A stretch of 64,000 nucleotides of DNA from Candidatus Latescibacterota bacterium (GCA_965215195.1 CBDCDC010000002.1:3680001-3744000), one strand, 5' to 3'. Counted from the stretch's first letter, positions 37,942-47,764 are shown. Translations and numbers: made by a program. The notes: generated from the letters alone by a model not told the origin.

Positions 37942-38880
37942 CTACTGCATGTACGAAGCCTTGATGTGGCCCCAGCTATCGTTTTCGACAGCGGTCGGCA
38001 AAAGCTCCGGCTGCGCCGGCAGCAGGATGAAGTCGGTGATGCACTTGCCGTCGCCATTGCCGCAGCGCTGACCGCCCATGCGCCAAGCGGCGAAGCGACG
38101 GTCGGTATCGTTGTCGGTGCCCACATCGTTGTCGATGATCGAGATGCCCAGACCGATGATGTCGTTTTCGCTGAAGGCGTGTTGGACGCTGTTTTCGGGC
38201 GATGCGTGGTCGAAATCGTCCCAGCCCACGGTCCACCACTCGGCTTGGAAGGTCGCCTCAGTGGCGTGTGCGCCGTTGAGATTGAAGGATTCGCCGCAGC
38301 ACGAATAAGGCTCGACATCGTGCCAAGTGGCGCTAGAGGCCCAAAGCCAGTTCCAGCCAATCGGCTCCAGCGGCGGCCAGCGGTAGTGGCTCATCTGGTT
38401 GAGGCGACCCCGGTTGCGCAGCACTTCCTCCTCGGTGTCGAAATCGTCGGTGCCAAACCACGAGACATCGCCGCCGTGGTTGGCGTCGAGGTTGATCTCA
38501 AAGCTGTCGTCGCCACCAGCGCCGCCCACACCACCGCCATCGCGATCCCACAGATCGTCGAAGCGGTCAAAGACGAAGTAGAGGCGGTCCAGCTCGTCGT
38601 TCCAGCCCGAGGTCCAGCGGAAGTTTAGATCGGCGGTATTGACCTCGGCCCCAACCTCGCCGGCCACTACCGCGTGCAGGAGTTCGCCGTTGAACTCGCT
38701 GAACGGCGTGAGCCACAAATTGTCGGGCACTACGTCCCACTCGGAAATATCGCCGTCCATTACCGGCAGATGCGACGTAGGCCACTGCCAGACGCCCAAA
38801 ATCAGCCCTTCGGGCACGTGCCCGAAAGAAGCCGTACTCAGCCCCAAAAGCGCTACGGCCAGCGTCAATCGTTTCCTCAT
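37942..38880 (-). CDS. Secreted CBM9/DOMON-like protein with TAVExxSWGxIKA tail (distant paralogue of 10866-11759)
   Basis: Start MRKRLTLAV at 38880 after SD AAGGAG; PVMDGDISEW..GWNDELDRLYF..DDSFEINLDANH..IIGLGISIIDND; ends TAVENDSWGHIKASYMQ. Confidence 0.72.
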   Translation of the reverse strand: MRKRLTLAVALLGLSTASFGHVPEGLILGVWQWPTSHLPVMDGDISEWDVVPDNLWLTPFSEFNGELLHAVVAGEVGAEVNTADLNFRWTSGWNDELDRLYFVFDRFDDLWDRDGGGVGGAGGDDSFEINLDANHGGDVSWFGTDDFDTEEEVLRNRGRLNQMSHYRWPPLEPIGWNWLWASSATWHDVEPYSCCGESFNLNGAHATEATFQAEWWTVGWDDFDHASPENSVQHAFSENDIIGLGISIIDNDVGTDNDTDRRFAAWRMGGQRCGNGDGKCITDFILLPAQPELLPTAVENDSWGHIKASYMQ

Positions 38881-39145
38881 AGTTTGTCTCCTTCTCTTAG
38901 GTGGGGGTTGCTTCGATAAAATTCTCGCGCCGATATTCAAAGAACGGTTAGACTGATATAGCGATTCTCTGCTCCGTTCATTGGGCGCGACCACCGCGAC
39001 GGGCTTATCGGCGCGGGTCGAAGGAGCCGTCAGCCCCTATCGGGTCCCGCGTTTTCTGTCTCGCGCCGACTAGGATGGGCACCCCTCTGGCAGCCGGTCA
39101 AGCCGCTGATGCGCGCGATCGCAACCGGACGATGGGGTGCTTATT
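38881..39145 (-). ncRNA. Candidate structured 5' leader (unassigned cis-regulatory RNA)
   Basis: About 260 nt between the predicted promoter and the ATG. Contains the helices GCACCCC/GGGGTGC, CCGGT/ACCGG, TCGGCGCG/CGCGCCGA and GAACGG/CCGTTC, plus an alternative 10-bp helix. Confidence 0.4.
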
Positions 39146-39150
39146 GGTAG

Positions 39151-39179
39151 AGGATACCCATCCTCTTCCGCGATGTCAA
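39151..39179 (-). promoter_or_regulatory. Sigma70-type promoter
   Basis: Minus strand TTGACA-17 nt-TATCCT. Confidence 0.6.
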
Positions 39180-39553
39180 GATCCGGGGGGTCAAGCGCAA
39201 CCGTTGGGTTGCGAACCATGAACAGAGGCGGGCGATGGTGTGCGGGTGCGACCAGAAGCCAATACCCTTTACTTTTGTTGGCAGACGCAATCGAAGACAA
39301 CGACCGCTACATGGGCGCAAACAGCAAGACCCGTTTGAGGGGAGTGCGTTAGACTAAATCCTGCTGTCGCGCCTCTTCACCCTGCCTTTAGGCGCGATAA
39401 AGCTCGCGTACGCGGGTAAGGACACCGGGCGGGGCCGCAAGCGGCAGATGCTGCGTAACATCAGTTAAAAATAAACAGCGGCTCAAGTGCGAAAAAGGAG
39501 GACGAGAGTTGACGACGCTTGTCGCGTCATGGCTCATTAGGATAAGGTCTGAG

Positions 39554-40405
39554 ATGGACGCGGTGGCAGTCATTGGCTCGGCGACGATGGACCGCGTGGT
39601 CCAAGGCGGCGCGAGTGTGTATAAGCGCGGAGGGGTGGTCGCGTATGCTGGACTGACCTTTGCCGAGTTGGGCGTGGAGACGCGGGTGTTGACCAATATC
39701 GCCGAAGCGGACCGGGCGATGCTGGCGGTGTTGCAGCAGCGGGGTATTGCAGTCTATGTGGGCCAGAGCGCGGCGACGACCTGTTTTGTCAACTACGTCG
39801 ATGGCGACGCACGGCGGCAGGAGTTGCTCGCTTGCGCCGCGCCGATTGCCGCAGCCCAGCTCGGGCCGGTGCTCGCCGGCGTGAAGCACGTGCATTTGGG
39901 GCCGCTGCATCCGCATGATCTGGCCGAGGATCTGCTAGCGGCGATGGACGGCGTGGTGAGCTTGGACCTCCAAGGCTATGTGCGGCGGATTGAGGGGACG
40001 CAGGTGTACCGGGGGGTTGCTAAAAGTCTGTATGCCGCCCTACAACGAGCGGCCTATGTCAAAGCTGGCAACGATGAATTAGAACTCGTGCTCGCCGACT
40101 GCGGCCTGACGCTGGACCAATTGATGCGCGATTGCTCGGTAGCAGAGTGGGTCGTCACCGAAGGCTCGCACGGCGGCTGGATCGCCAGTCGGCAGGGGAA
40201 GCGGACGAAGTTTGCGTCGGCTCCAGTGGCGACGGTAGCTGACCCAACCGGGGCCGGGGACGTGTTTTTCGCCGCGTATATCGCGCATCGCCTACATCGA
40301 GGGGCAGGGATTGCTATGGCCGCTCAACGCGCTGCTGCGTTGGCTGCGCACCATGTGGAGGGGGGTTTTATCGACGCGGCGACGTTGCGTTTGAAGAGAG
40401 GTTGA
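39554..40405 (+). CDS. PfkB/ribokinase family carbohydrate kinase
   Basis: IGSATMD..GGVVAYAG; VVTEGSHG; DPTGAGDVF. Confidence 0.88.
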   Translation: MDAVAVIGSATMDRVVQGGASVYKRGGVVAYAGLTFAELGVETRVLTNIAEADRAMLAVLQQRGIAVYVGQSAATTCFVNYVDGDARRQELLACAAPIAAAQLGPVLAGVKHVHLGPLHPHDLAEDLLAAMDGVVSLDLQGYVRRIEGTQVYRGVAKSLYAALQRAAYVKAGNDELELVLADCGLTLDQLMRDCSVAEWVVTEGSHGGWIASRQGKRTKFASAPVATVADPTGAGDVFFAAYIAHRLHRGAGIAMAAQRAAALAAHHVEGGFIDAATLRLKRG

Positions 40406-40485
40406 ACGGGCCCTACTGCTTGGACCCTTGCCGTCAAATGTATAAGGGCCGGAAGTGGTTGACAGGTCGCCTCGTCATTATGAGT

Positions 40486-41319
40486 TCAGCACTCGGCGCC
40501 GCGAACCTCGCCGCCGAAGTGCTGCATGCGCTCCTCGGTGTCAATCTGACCGGTGCTGGCGGGTCGGTAGTGTAGCTGCAGGGCGCGGCGCATTTTTTGC
40601 GAGGGGTTGGTCGGGCTGCCGTGGTGGGTCATGCCGTGCCAGAGCAGGCAACCGCCCGGGGCGAGAGGCACGACGACGTCGCGCTCGGTCTGGACGTCGG
40701 TGTCGCAGATTTGCCAATCGCGGCGTTTGAAGTGATCGACCGGACCCTCGCAGTGCGTACCGGGGATGATGTGCAGGCAGCCGTTATCCGCACTGGCGCG
40801 GTCGAGGGCGATCCAGACGCCGATGATGGTGGTGCCCAAGGGATAGTTGAAGTACGCGCAGTCTTGGTGCCAAGGTTTTTCCCGGCCCCTAGGCGGCTTG
40901 AGCAAGGCCATCTCCTGAAAGAGAACGGGCGCAGCGCCCATCAGGCGGGCGAGGACGTCTAAGAGACCCGGGTCGGCGGCCAGCGGCTGAAAGCGCACGT
41001 CCCAATCGACGAATTTCATAAGTTTGCGCACCGCTCCACGCCGCGCTGCGCCCGTCAGCTTTTGGCCCTGCGCGGAGGTTTCAAACTGGACGCCGCGAAA
41101 TTCGGGTTGCTTGCCGTCAATCAGGTCGTACACCGCGTCGCCAGCATCGGCGACTTGGGCGGGCGAAAACGCCTCTGCAATCACGAGGTAGCCCTGCTGG
41201 TGGAAGAAGGCTAGCTGTTCGGGGCCGATGTCGGCGAAGCGGGCGACCTGCTGGGCCTCGGTGTCGTAGCGGTAGAGATCGGAGGCGTAGTCGTCGATGA
41301 TGGGTTGGGCACTGGTCAT
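40486..41319 (-). CDS. Phytanoyl-CoA dioxygenase (PhyH) family Fe(II)/2OG dioxygenase
   Basis: FFHQQGYLVI; KPWHQD; VWIALD..DNGCLHIIPGTH; THHGS..RRALQLHY. Confidence 0.92.
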   Translation of the reverse strand: MTSAQPIIDDYASDLYRYDTEAQQVARFADIGPEQLAFFHQQGYLVIAEAFSPAQVADAGDAVYDLIDGKQPEFRGVQFETSAQGQKLTGAARRGAVRKLMKFVDWDVRFQPLAADPGLLDVLARLMGAAPVLFQEMALLKPPRGREKPWHQDCAYFNYPLGTTIIGVWIALDRASADNGCLHIIPGTHCEGPVDHFKRRDWQICDTDVQTERDVVVPLAPGGCLLWHGMTHHGSPTNPSQKMRRALQLHYRPASTGQIDTEERMQHFGGEVRGAEC

Positions 41320-41549
41320 GTCTGTTCAGCCTCTTCTCCGTTGCTCGCCGACTGGTCCCGGACCAAAATTGCCATGGGAATTAGGACGCAGTAGCCGACC
41401 ACTAGGAGCACCGGCGCGAGGGTGAGGGAGAAGAAGCCCTCGGCCGGCGGGATGCGCAAAAACACATAGCCGAGCAAGATCACGGCTAAGCCGGCTGCGG
41501 CCAAGGTCCAGTTTTTGCGCGTAAAAGGCAGATCGCCGAGTTGGGCCAT
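41316..41549 (-). CDS. Small two-TM membrane protein (DUF3098-like)
   Basis: FTRKNW..GLAVILLGY..SLTLAPVLLVVGY..IPMAIL. Confidence 0.7.
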   Translation of the reverse strand: MAQLGDLPFTRKNWTLAAAGLAVILLGYVFLRIPPAEGFFSLTLAPVLLVVGYCVLIPMAILVRDQSASNGEEAEQT

Positions 41550-41551
41550 GA

Positions 41552-41905
41552 CTACCGCGCCCGTTTTTCGCGGATGCGGGCGGCGCGTCCTTTGCGACCG
41601 CGCAGGTAAAATAGGCGGGCGCGGCGCACCCGGCCCTCGCGCATGCGCTCGATCTTGGCGATGCGCGGCGAGTGCAGGGGAAAGATGCGCTCGATGGCGA
41701 TGCCCTGAGAGATCTTGCGCACGGTAAAGGTCTCTTGGATGCCGCTGCCTTTGCGCTGGATGACGGTCCCTTCAAAGAGTTGGGTGCGCTCCTTGTCGCC
41801 CTCGATGACCCGCACGTGGATGCGCACAGTATCGCCAGCGCCGAATTCGGGAAGATCGGTTTTGAGTTGGTCCGAGGTCAGCTCGCGCAGGATACTTGAG
41901 TCCAT
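41552..41905 (-). CDS. rplS: 50S ribosomal protein L19
   Basis: [54 protein letters not shown]; start ATG 41905. Confidence 0.97.
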   Translation of the reverse strand: MDSSILRELTSDQLKTDLPEFGAGDTVRIHVRVIEGDKERTQLFEGTVIQRKGSGIQETFTVRKISQGIAIERIFPLHSPRIAKIERMREGRVRRARLFYLRGRKGRAARIREKRAR

Positions 41906-41921
41906 TGTATCACCTTGTTTG

Positions 41922-42662
41922 TTACGGGGCTTCTTCCAGCCCTTGCTCGTGCCAAGTGGCGATGAGCTGTTGTTCGTCGTCGTCGAGTTCGATCTGTTGC
42001 AGCAAGTCGGGCCGGCGCGCAAACGTGCGCCGCAGGGCTTGGCGTCGCCGCCAATGTTCGATGCGCTGGTGATCGCCCGAAAGCAGGGCCTCGGGGACGC
42101 GCTGGCCGCGAAATTCAACCGGCCGAGTGTACCAAGGGCAATCGAGTACGACCTCTTGGAACGAGTCGTCCAAGGCCGAAGAGAAGTTGCCCAAAACGTT
42201 GGGTATGAGCCGCACCACCGCGTCGATGAGCACGAGGGCGGCCGGCTCGCCGCCGGTGAGCACGTAGTCCCCGATCGAGATTTCTTGGTCGATAAGCCCG
42301 GTGCGGATGCGCTCATCTACTCCTTTGTAATGCCCGCACAACAGCACCAACCGCTCCGCGAGCGCCAGCTCGACGGCGAGGGCTTGGTTGAGCGGCTGGC
42401 CGTCGGCTGTCAGGTAAACGCAGCGACCAGCCGCTAGGCCCCGATCCTGCCAAAGCTGGTACACGGGCTCGGGCTTGAGGACCATGCCGCCGCCGCCACC
42501 GTAAGGCGCGTCATCTACGGTGCGGTGTCTGTCGGTCGCACAATCGCGCGGGTCGTGGGTCTCGATGGCCAACAGGCCCCGGGCGATTGCGCGGGCCATC
42601 ATGCTAGTCGCCAACGGCGAGGCGAAAAAATCCGGAAAGAGGGTTACGATGTCTATTTTCAT
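41922..42662 (-). CDS. trmD: tRNA (guanine-N1)-methyltransferase
   Basis: [18 protein letters not shown]; [10 protein letters not shown]; [11 protein letters not shown]. Confidence 0.97.
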   Translation of the reverse strand: MKIDIVTLFPDFFASPLATSMMARAIARGLLAIETHDPRDCATDRHRTVDDAPYGGGGGMVLKPEPVYQLWQDRGLAAGRCVYLTADGQPLNQALAVELALAERLVLLCGHYKGVDERIRTGLIDQEISIGDYVLTGGEPAALVLIDAVVRLIPNVLGNFSSALDDSFQEVVLDCPWYTRPVEFRGQRVPEALLSGDHQRIEHWRRRQALRRTFARRPDLLQQIELDDDEQQLIATWHEQGLEEAP

Positions 42663-43168
42663 GGCTCGAATAGCTCTTCAACGCCCCGCACGACGACCCG
42701 ACCCGGGGCGATTTCCACGACAAAGTCGCCGACAGCCGGCACGAGGGCTTCGCCTTGGGCGCCGCGGACTACGTAGGCGTCTGTGCTCGGCATGGATAGG
42801 ACCTCGACGATGCGGCCCAATGGCTGCCCCTCTGAATTGACGACCGCGCAATCTACTATATCGTCGATGTAGTGCGTACCTTCCGGCAGGGGATCGCGCT
42901 GATCTGGAGCGATGGTGACATAGCCTCCGACCAGCATTGAACGCGCCTGTTCGGGTGCGTCAATGCCAGCGAATTTGAGCAACAAGCTCTTGGCATCTGT
43001 GCGCCAGCGCTCGAGTTCGAGCGGCATATCGGGTCGGCCCGCGCATTGGAGGACGACGGTTCGCAACTCGCTGAAGCGCTCGACGCGGTGCGTCAGGGCC
43101 TCGGCCCGGACTTCGCCGCGCACTCCCCACGGGCGGGAGATATAGGCTACGGCGACGCGCCCGGCCAT
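42659..43168 (-). CDS. rimM: 16S rRNA processing protein
   Basis: PWGVRGEV..LLKFAGID..GRIVEVL..ALVPAV; lies between rpsP and trmD. Confidence 0.93.
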   Translation of the reverse strand: MAGRVAVAYISRPWGVRGEVRAEALTHRVERFSELRTVVLQCAGRPDMPLELERWRTDAKSLLLKFAGIDAPEQARSMLVGGYVTIAPDQRDPLPEGTHYIDDIVDCAVVNSEGQPLGRIVEVLSMPSTDAYVVRGAQGEALVPAVGDFVVEIAPGRVVVRGVEELFEP

Positions 43169-43180
43169 GCGGCTGTCCCT

Positions 43181-43567
43181 CTATGCTTGCTCTTGCGCGG
43201 CTGATTCGGGTGGTGCAGCGGCCTCTTGCGCGGCCGGTTTGGCTGGCGCCGCCGCCGCTTGCTTGCGTCGGCGCTTGGGCTTGTCGCGGGTGAGGGCGTC
43301 GTCGCGCACCCGGCCCTCCCCACCCTTCCAACGGGCCAATACCCCTTGGCTGTGGAAGAGGTCGGCGACGGTCTCGCTCATCTGCGCACCTTTGTCGAGC
43401 CACTCTATGGCGCGCTCTACGTCGATTTTGACGCTGGCGTGCAAGGGATCGTAGAAACCCACCTCTGCGAGGGCGCGGCCGTTGCGGGCGACGCTGACGT
43501 GGGTGGCGACGATCCGGTAATAAGGCTGTTTGCGTTTGCCTATTCTCTTAAGGCGAAGTTTGACCAA
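43181..43567 (-). CDS. rpsP: 30S ribosomal protein S16 with C-terminal extension
   Basis: VKLRLKRIGKRKQPYYRIVA..VGFYDP..WLDKGAQMSETV. Confidence 0.96.
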   Translation of the reverse strand: MVKLRLKRIGKRKQPYYRIVATHVSVARNGRALAEVGFYDPLHASVKIDVERAIEWLDKGAQMSETVADLFHSQGVLARWKGGEGRVRDDALTRDKPKRRRKQAAAAPAKPAAQEAAAPPESAAQEQA

Positions 43568-43586
43568 TGCTATTCTCCTTGGATGC

Positions 43587-44915
43587 CTAGCCCATAAAGG
43601 GCATTCTCATTTTTGAGCGGCCGCCTTTGGCGCGGCCCATCTGCCGCATCATTTTCTGCATCATTTGAAATTGCTTGACTAGCTGGTTCACGTCTTGGAC
43701 GGTCGTGCCGCTGCCGCGGGCGATGCGCTTGCGCCGGCTGCCATTGAGAATTTTGGGTTGGGTCCGCTCTTGGGGAGTCATGGAGTTGATGATGGCCTCG
43801 ACTTGGGAGAACGCGCTTTCGTCGAGCTCCATGTCCTTGGCGGCCTTGCCGCCTCCGGGAATCATGCCCATGAGCTGGTCGAGAGGCCCCATGCGGCGGA
43901 CAGCTTGCAACTGCGAGAGAAAATCCTCAAAGGTGAAAGAGGCCCGGCGGAGCTTTTCTTCTAGCTGTTTGGCCCGGTCGCGCTCCATGGCCTGCTCGGC
44001 TCTTTCCACGAGCGAGAGAATGTCGCCCATCCCGAGGATGCGCGAGGCCATGCGGTCGGGGTGAAAAGACTCTAGGTCTTCGATTTTCTCGCCGGTGCCG
44101 ACGAATTTGATCGGCCGGCCAGTGACGGCGCGGATCGACAGGGCGGCCCCGCCGCGAGCGTCGCTGTCGAGCTTGGTCAGGGCACAGCCGGTAAACGCGA
44201 GGCGCTGGTTAAAGCGGGTGGCTGTCTCTACGGCGTCTTGGCCCTGCATGCTGTCGGCGATAAAGAGGATCTCGTGCGGCTGGACCGCCTGCTGGATGCG
44301 ATCCAGCTCGTCCATCATCTCCTCGTCGATGCTCAGGCGACCCGCCGTGTCTATGAGCGCGACGCTGCGGTGGGTCTGGCGTGCTTGGTCGATGCCGCGG
44401 CGGCAGATGGCGACTGGATCGACGCCCGCGGGCTGGCTGAAGACGGGCACGTCGATAGAGGCTCCCAGCGATTGGAGCTGGGCCACGGCGGCCGGGCGAT
44501 ACACGTCGGCGGCGATCAGCAGTGGGGGCCGGCCCCGTTCCTTGAACTGGCGGGCCAGCTTGGCGGCCATAGTCGTCTTGCCGCCGCCTTGCAGGCCAAC
44601 GAGCATGACGACGGTGGGGGGGTGCTCGGCGAGGTTGGGTGGGCTGTGGCTGCCCCCCAGCAGGGCAACGAGCTCGCTATGGACGACTTTAACTAGCTGC
44701 TGCCCCGGGGTCAGGCTCTTGAGGACGTCTTGGCCGAGGGCCTGCTTTTTGACCCGCTGAATGAAATCCTTGGCGACCTTGAAGTTGACGTCGGCTTCGA
44801 GCAGAGAGCGGCGGATCTGGCGCAGGGTATCGTCGATGTTGCGCTCGGTGATGCGCCCCTGCCCGCGAAGCGAGCGGAAGAGGTCGTCAAAGCGTTCGCT
44901 GAGTCGGTCAAACAT
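43587..44915 (-). CDS. ffh: Signal recognition particle protein
   Basis: MFDRLSERF; LLEADVN; GLQGGGKTT; DTAGRL; TKLDSDARGGAALS; Met-rich M domain. Confidence 0.97.
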   Translation of the reverse strand: MFDRLSERFDDLFRSLRGQGRITERNIDDTLRQIRRSLLEADVNFKVAKDFIQRVKKQALGQDVLKSLTPGQQLVKVVHSELVALLGGSHSPPNLAEHPPTVVMLVGLQGGGKTTMAAKLARQFKERGRPPLLIAADVYRPAAVAQLQSLGASIDVPVFSQPAGVDPVAICRRGIDQARQTHRSVALIDTAGRLSIDEEMMDELDRIQQAVQPHEILFIADSMQGQDAVETATRFNQRLAFTGCALTKLDSDARGGAALSIRAVTGRPIKFVGTGEKIEDLESFHPDRMASRILGMGDILSLVERAEQAMERDRAKQLEEKLRRASFTFEDFLSQLQAVRRMGPLDQLMGMIPGGGKAAKDMELDESAFSQVEAIINSMTPQERTQPKILNGSRRKRIARGSGTTVQDVNQLVKQFQMMQKMMRQMGRAKGGRSKMRMPFMG

Positions 44916-44994
44916 AAGCCGCTGCGTCGAGAAGTGGAATGCGACAAAAAGGTTAGAATATAGGTCAATATATATATATGGCAACAGAGGTAGG

Positions 44995-45645
44995 TCAGCC
45001 GCGCAGGTCGGCGATGACGCGGGCTGGGTCTTGAGCACCGAAGACGGCTGAACCAGCCACTAGGCACCGGGCACCGGCTCGGCGGCAGGCGGCCGCGTTG
45101 CCGGGATGGACCCCGCCGTCAATGCCGACGGGTACGTCTAACCCACAGCGCTCGATTTCCGCGCACAGGTCGCGGATTTTGTCGAGGGCTGCGGGCTGAA
45201 AGGTCTGGCCGCCAAACCCCGGCTCCACGGACATGACCAAGGCCGAATCGAGCGCGTTGAGGTAAGGGTAAAGGGCGGAGACAGGCGTACTTGGATTGAC
45301 CGCGAGGCCACACTGGCAACCGTGCTGGCGGATGGCGTCGAACACGGCCCGCAGGTCGGACGCGATTTCCACGTGGACGACGAGGGAGTCTGCGCCCGCT
45401 TCTTTGAAGGGGCCGATAAAGGGCAAAGGATCTTGCAACATCAGGTGCGTGTTGAGTTCGAGGCGGGTGGTTTGGCGCACGGCTGCGACGACCGGCAGCC
45501 CAAAGCTGAGGTTGGGGACGAAGTGCCCGTCCATTACGTCGAGATGGAGAAAATCAGCTCCTCCGCGCTCGACGCGGCCGATGTCCTCGGCTAGGCGGGC
45601 GAAGTCGGCCGCCAAGAGGGAAGGGCCGATGCGCGTGGCGTTCAT
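44995..45645 (-). CDS. rpe: Ribulose-phosphate 3-epimerase
   Basis: PSLLAADF; HLDVMDGHFVPNLSFG; MSVEPGFGGQ; IDGG. Confidence 0.97.
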   Translation of the reverse strand: MNATRIGPSLLAADFARLAEDIGRVERGGADFLHLDVMDGHFVPNLSFGLPVVAAVRQTTRLELNTHLMLQDPLPFIGPFKEAGADSLVVHVEIASDLRAVFDAIRQHGCQCGLAVNPSTPVSALYPYLNALDSALVMSVEPGFGGQTFQPAALDKIRDLCAEIERCGLDVPVGIDGGVHPGNAAACRRAGARCLVAGSAVFGAQDPARVIADLRG

Positions 45646-46415
45646 GGCTCCTCCCAGTTGTCGAAGGCATCCGGCTCCGGGGGTGGTGCTGCAGCACTCA
45701 CGACGAGGTCGATGCGGCTGTGGCGCGGGATGCGCTGCTCGCGCATAGGTGCTTGCGCCAAGACAGTGCCGACGGGTTTTTGCGCGTCAATGCGCTTGGC
45801 GATGTGGCCGATGCGCATTTCGTATTTGCGCAAGGTATCTCCCACGGCTTTGATGGACAGGCCGATTAGATCCGGGACGCGCTTGAGGGCCGCGAGCGGG
45901 CCGTTGCTAACCTGTAGGTCAACCGAACTGCCGAGAGCGAGCTGAGTGCCGGGTGGGGGCGACTGCTCGACGACCGCGCCCTCGGGGAGGGCATCTGAGG
46001 AGCGGTAGAGGATTTGGCCGATCTTTAGCTGGTTGCCCTCTAGCTGCAAACGCGCCTCGCGCAGGCTAACGCGGCGCACGTCGGGAACCTCGTAGTAGCG
46101 CGGCCCTTTGCTCACGGTCAAGACAATGCGCCGCCCCTTTTTGACCCCTTGCCCAGCACTTGGATTTTGCTCGACGACCGCGTCGGCGGGGATGGTCTCG
46201 TGGTGCAGCGAATCGCCGATGGTCATCTTCAAGCCCTCTGCCCCGAGGCGGGCGGATGCTGCGGCCGCGAAAAGGCCCTGGAGATCGGGTACTTGGACGC
46301 TGGGCGTGTCAACTAAGTACGGCATGATGATCGCGTCGAGTAGGACGAGGGCGATAACGCCAGCGAGGAGTGCGGCCGCCGCGAGCAGGCCCAATTGGCG
46401 GAGGATGTTTTTCAC
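45642..46415 (-). CDS. Membrane-anchored triple PASTA-domain protein
   Basis: N-terminal TM, then three VPDL/VPDV..Q.P..G..L.VS units; GTG 46415 overlaps the rsmB stop. Confidence 0.9.
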   Translation of the reverse strand: MKNILRQLGLLAAAALLAGVIALVLLDAIIMPYLVDTPSVQVPDLQGLFAAAASARLGAEGLKMTIGDSLHHETIPADAVVEQNPSAGQGVKKGRRIVLTVSKGPRYYEVPDVRRVSLREARLQLEGNQLKIGQILYRSSDALPEGAVVEQSPPPGTQLALGSSVDLQVSNGPLAALKRVPDLIGLSIKAVGDTLRKYEMRIGHIAKRIDAQKPVGTVLAQAPMREQRIPRHSRIDLVVSAAAPPPEPDAFDNWEEP

Positions 46416-47761
46416 GATGTGCAACGCTTTATCCGCCGATCCGCAGGGGCGGTGCCTTTGCGGATGCGCACGGCAAAACTGCCGTCGCCGGCGTGTTGGC
46501 CCGGTATGGTCAGTACGTAGCGGCCGGCCCAAGGCTGGGCGGGAAAGTGGGCATCGGCGCGCTCCAGCCGAGCGGTCGGGGTCTGCTTTAAGAAGCGCTC
46601 GACAATGGCTTCGTTTTCCTCCTCTTCCAAGCTACAGGTGCTGTACACCAAGACGCCGCCGGGTCGCAGGTGCTCGTAAGCGCGTTGGATGAGCACCTGT
46701 TGCCGTGCGGTCAATGCTGCAAATTCGGCTGGCTTGCGGCGCCAGCGGGCGTCCGGTCGCCGCCCGAGTACGCCGGTGGCACTGCAGGGCACATCGGCGA
46801 GAACGCGGTCGAAGGCACCGCACCCGGGGGTCGTGCCGTCGCGAGCTATCGGGCGGATGGTGCGCAGGCGCAGGCGCCGGGCGTTTTCGCACACCCGATT
46901 TAGCCTCGGCAGCGAAATGTCGGCGGCTACGACCCAGCCGCGGTCGGCCATGGCCATGGCAGCTTGCACGGCCTTGCCGCCGGGGGCGCTGCACAGGTCG
47001 AGGAGGTGCTCGCCCGGCTGGGGGTCGAGCAGGGCCACGGCCAAGCCGGCGTTGGGGTCTTGAACCTGAAACTGTCCCTGCTGGTAGGCGCGCGAGGCAA
47101 AGAGGTCCGCGCCATTTGCCGCTCGATAAAAACCCGGCCTTGACCCGACCGGAACTAGGTCGAGTTCGGCGGCTAGTTCGCGGCTGGTGCGCAGCGGATT
47201 GAGGTAGATGTTGAGTGCGGCGGGCTGGTTGTTGGCCACGAGCAAAGGCTCGACGATTTCGCGGCCCCAGCGGCCGACCCAGCGCTCGACCAACCACTCG
47301 GGGTGGGAGTGATACACCGCTAGGTAGCGCGTCGGATTTTGCCGCTGATCGGGATAGCGAACCCGTGCGCGCTGCCGCAGCAAGTTGCGGAGCACGGCGT
47401 TGACCAGTGAGGCGATGCCTTGGTGCGTCAAGTGCTTGGCCAGCTCGACCGAGGTATGGACGGCCGCGGACTGGGGTACGCGGTTGAGCCAGAAGAGCTG
47501 ATAGGTGCCGAGGCGCAGGATGTGGCGGGCCCAAGGCGAGAGTTGGGCGATCGGGCGCGCACAGCAGGTGGCGATGATCCAATCGAGCCGCTTCTGCCAG
47601 CGCACCGCACCAAGGACTAGCTGGCGGGCGAAGCGCACGTCGCGGTTGGTCGGCAAGCGGGCGTCAAGGGCTTGTAGCAGGTCGTCGAAAGGCTGGACTT
47701 GTCGCTCTAGGTCGCGGAGCAGGCGCACAGCCGCAAGGCGGGCTAGGTCGGGGGGGCGCAC
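46412..47761 (-). CDS. rsmB: 16S rRNA m5C967 methyltransferase RsmB/Sun
   Basis: NusB-like N-terminus; SHPEWL; VQD; DLCSAPGGK; DVPCSATG; YSTCS. Confidence 0.95.
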   Translation of the reverse strand: MRPPDLARLAAVRLLRDLERQVQPFDDLLQALDARLPTNRDVRFARQLVLGAVRWQKRLDWIIATCCARPIAQLSPWARHILRLGTYQLFWLNRVPQSAAVHTSVELAKHLTHQGIASLVNAVLRNLLRQRARVRYPDQRQNPTRYLAVYHSHPEWLVERWVGRWGREIVEPLLVANNQPAALNIYLNPLRTSRELAAELDLVPVGSRPGFYRAANGADLFASRAYQQGQFQVQDPNAGLAVALLDPQPGEHLLDLCSAPGGKAVQAAMAMADRGWVVAADISLPRLNRVCENARRLRLRTIRPIARDGTTPGCGAFDRVLADVPCSATGVLGRRPDARWRRKPAEFAALTARQQVLIQRAYEHLRPGGVLVYSTCSLEEEENEAIVERFLKQTPTARLERADAHFPAQPWAGRYVLTIPGQHAGDGSFAVRIRKGTAPADRRIKRCTS

Positions 47762-47764
47762 GGC

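Noticed and set aside
36782-38071. 429-aa plus-strand ORF (and similar long antisense ORFs such as 1804-2763 and 51934-52836)
   Set aside because: These are shadows of real genes on the opposite strand in GC-rich DNA, with no recognisable motifs.
38985-39085. c-di-GMP-I or c-di-AMP riboswitch
   Set aside because: Only fragments (ATAGGGGCTGACGG) resemble the consensus. The GGCAAAC/GAAA tetraloop/GCAAAG core is absent, so it is kept as an unassigned leader.
41552-42316. 254-aa extended L19 in the ORF track
   Set aside because: The extension overlaps trmD in another frame; the real start is ATG 41905.
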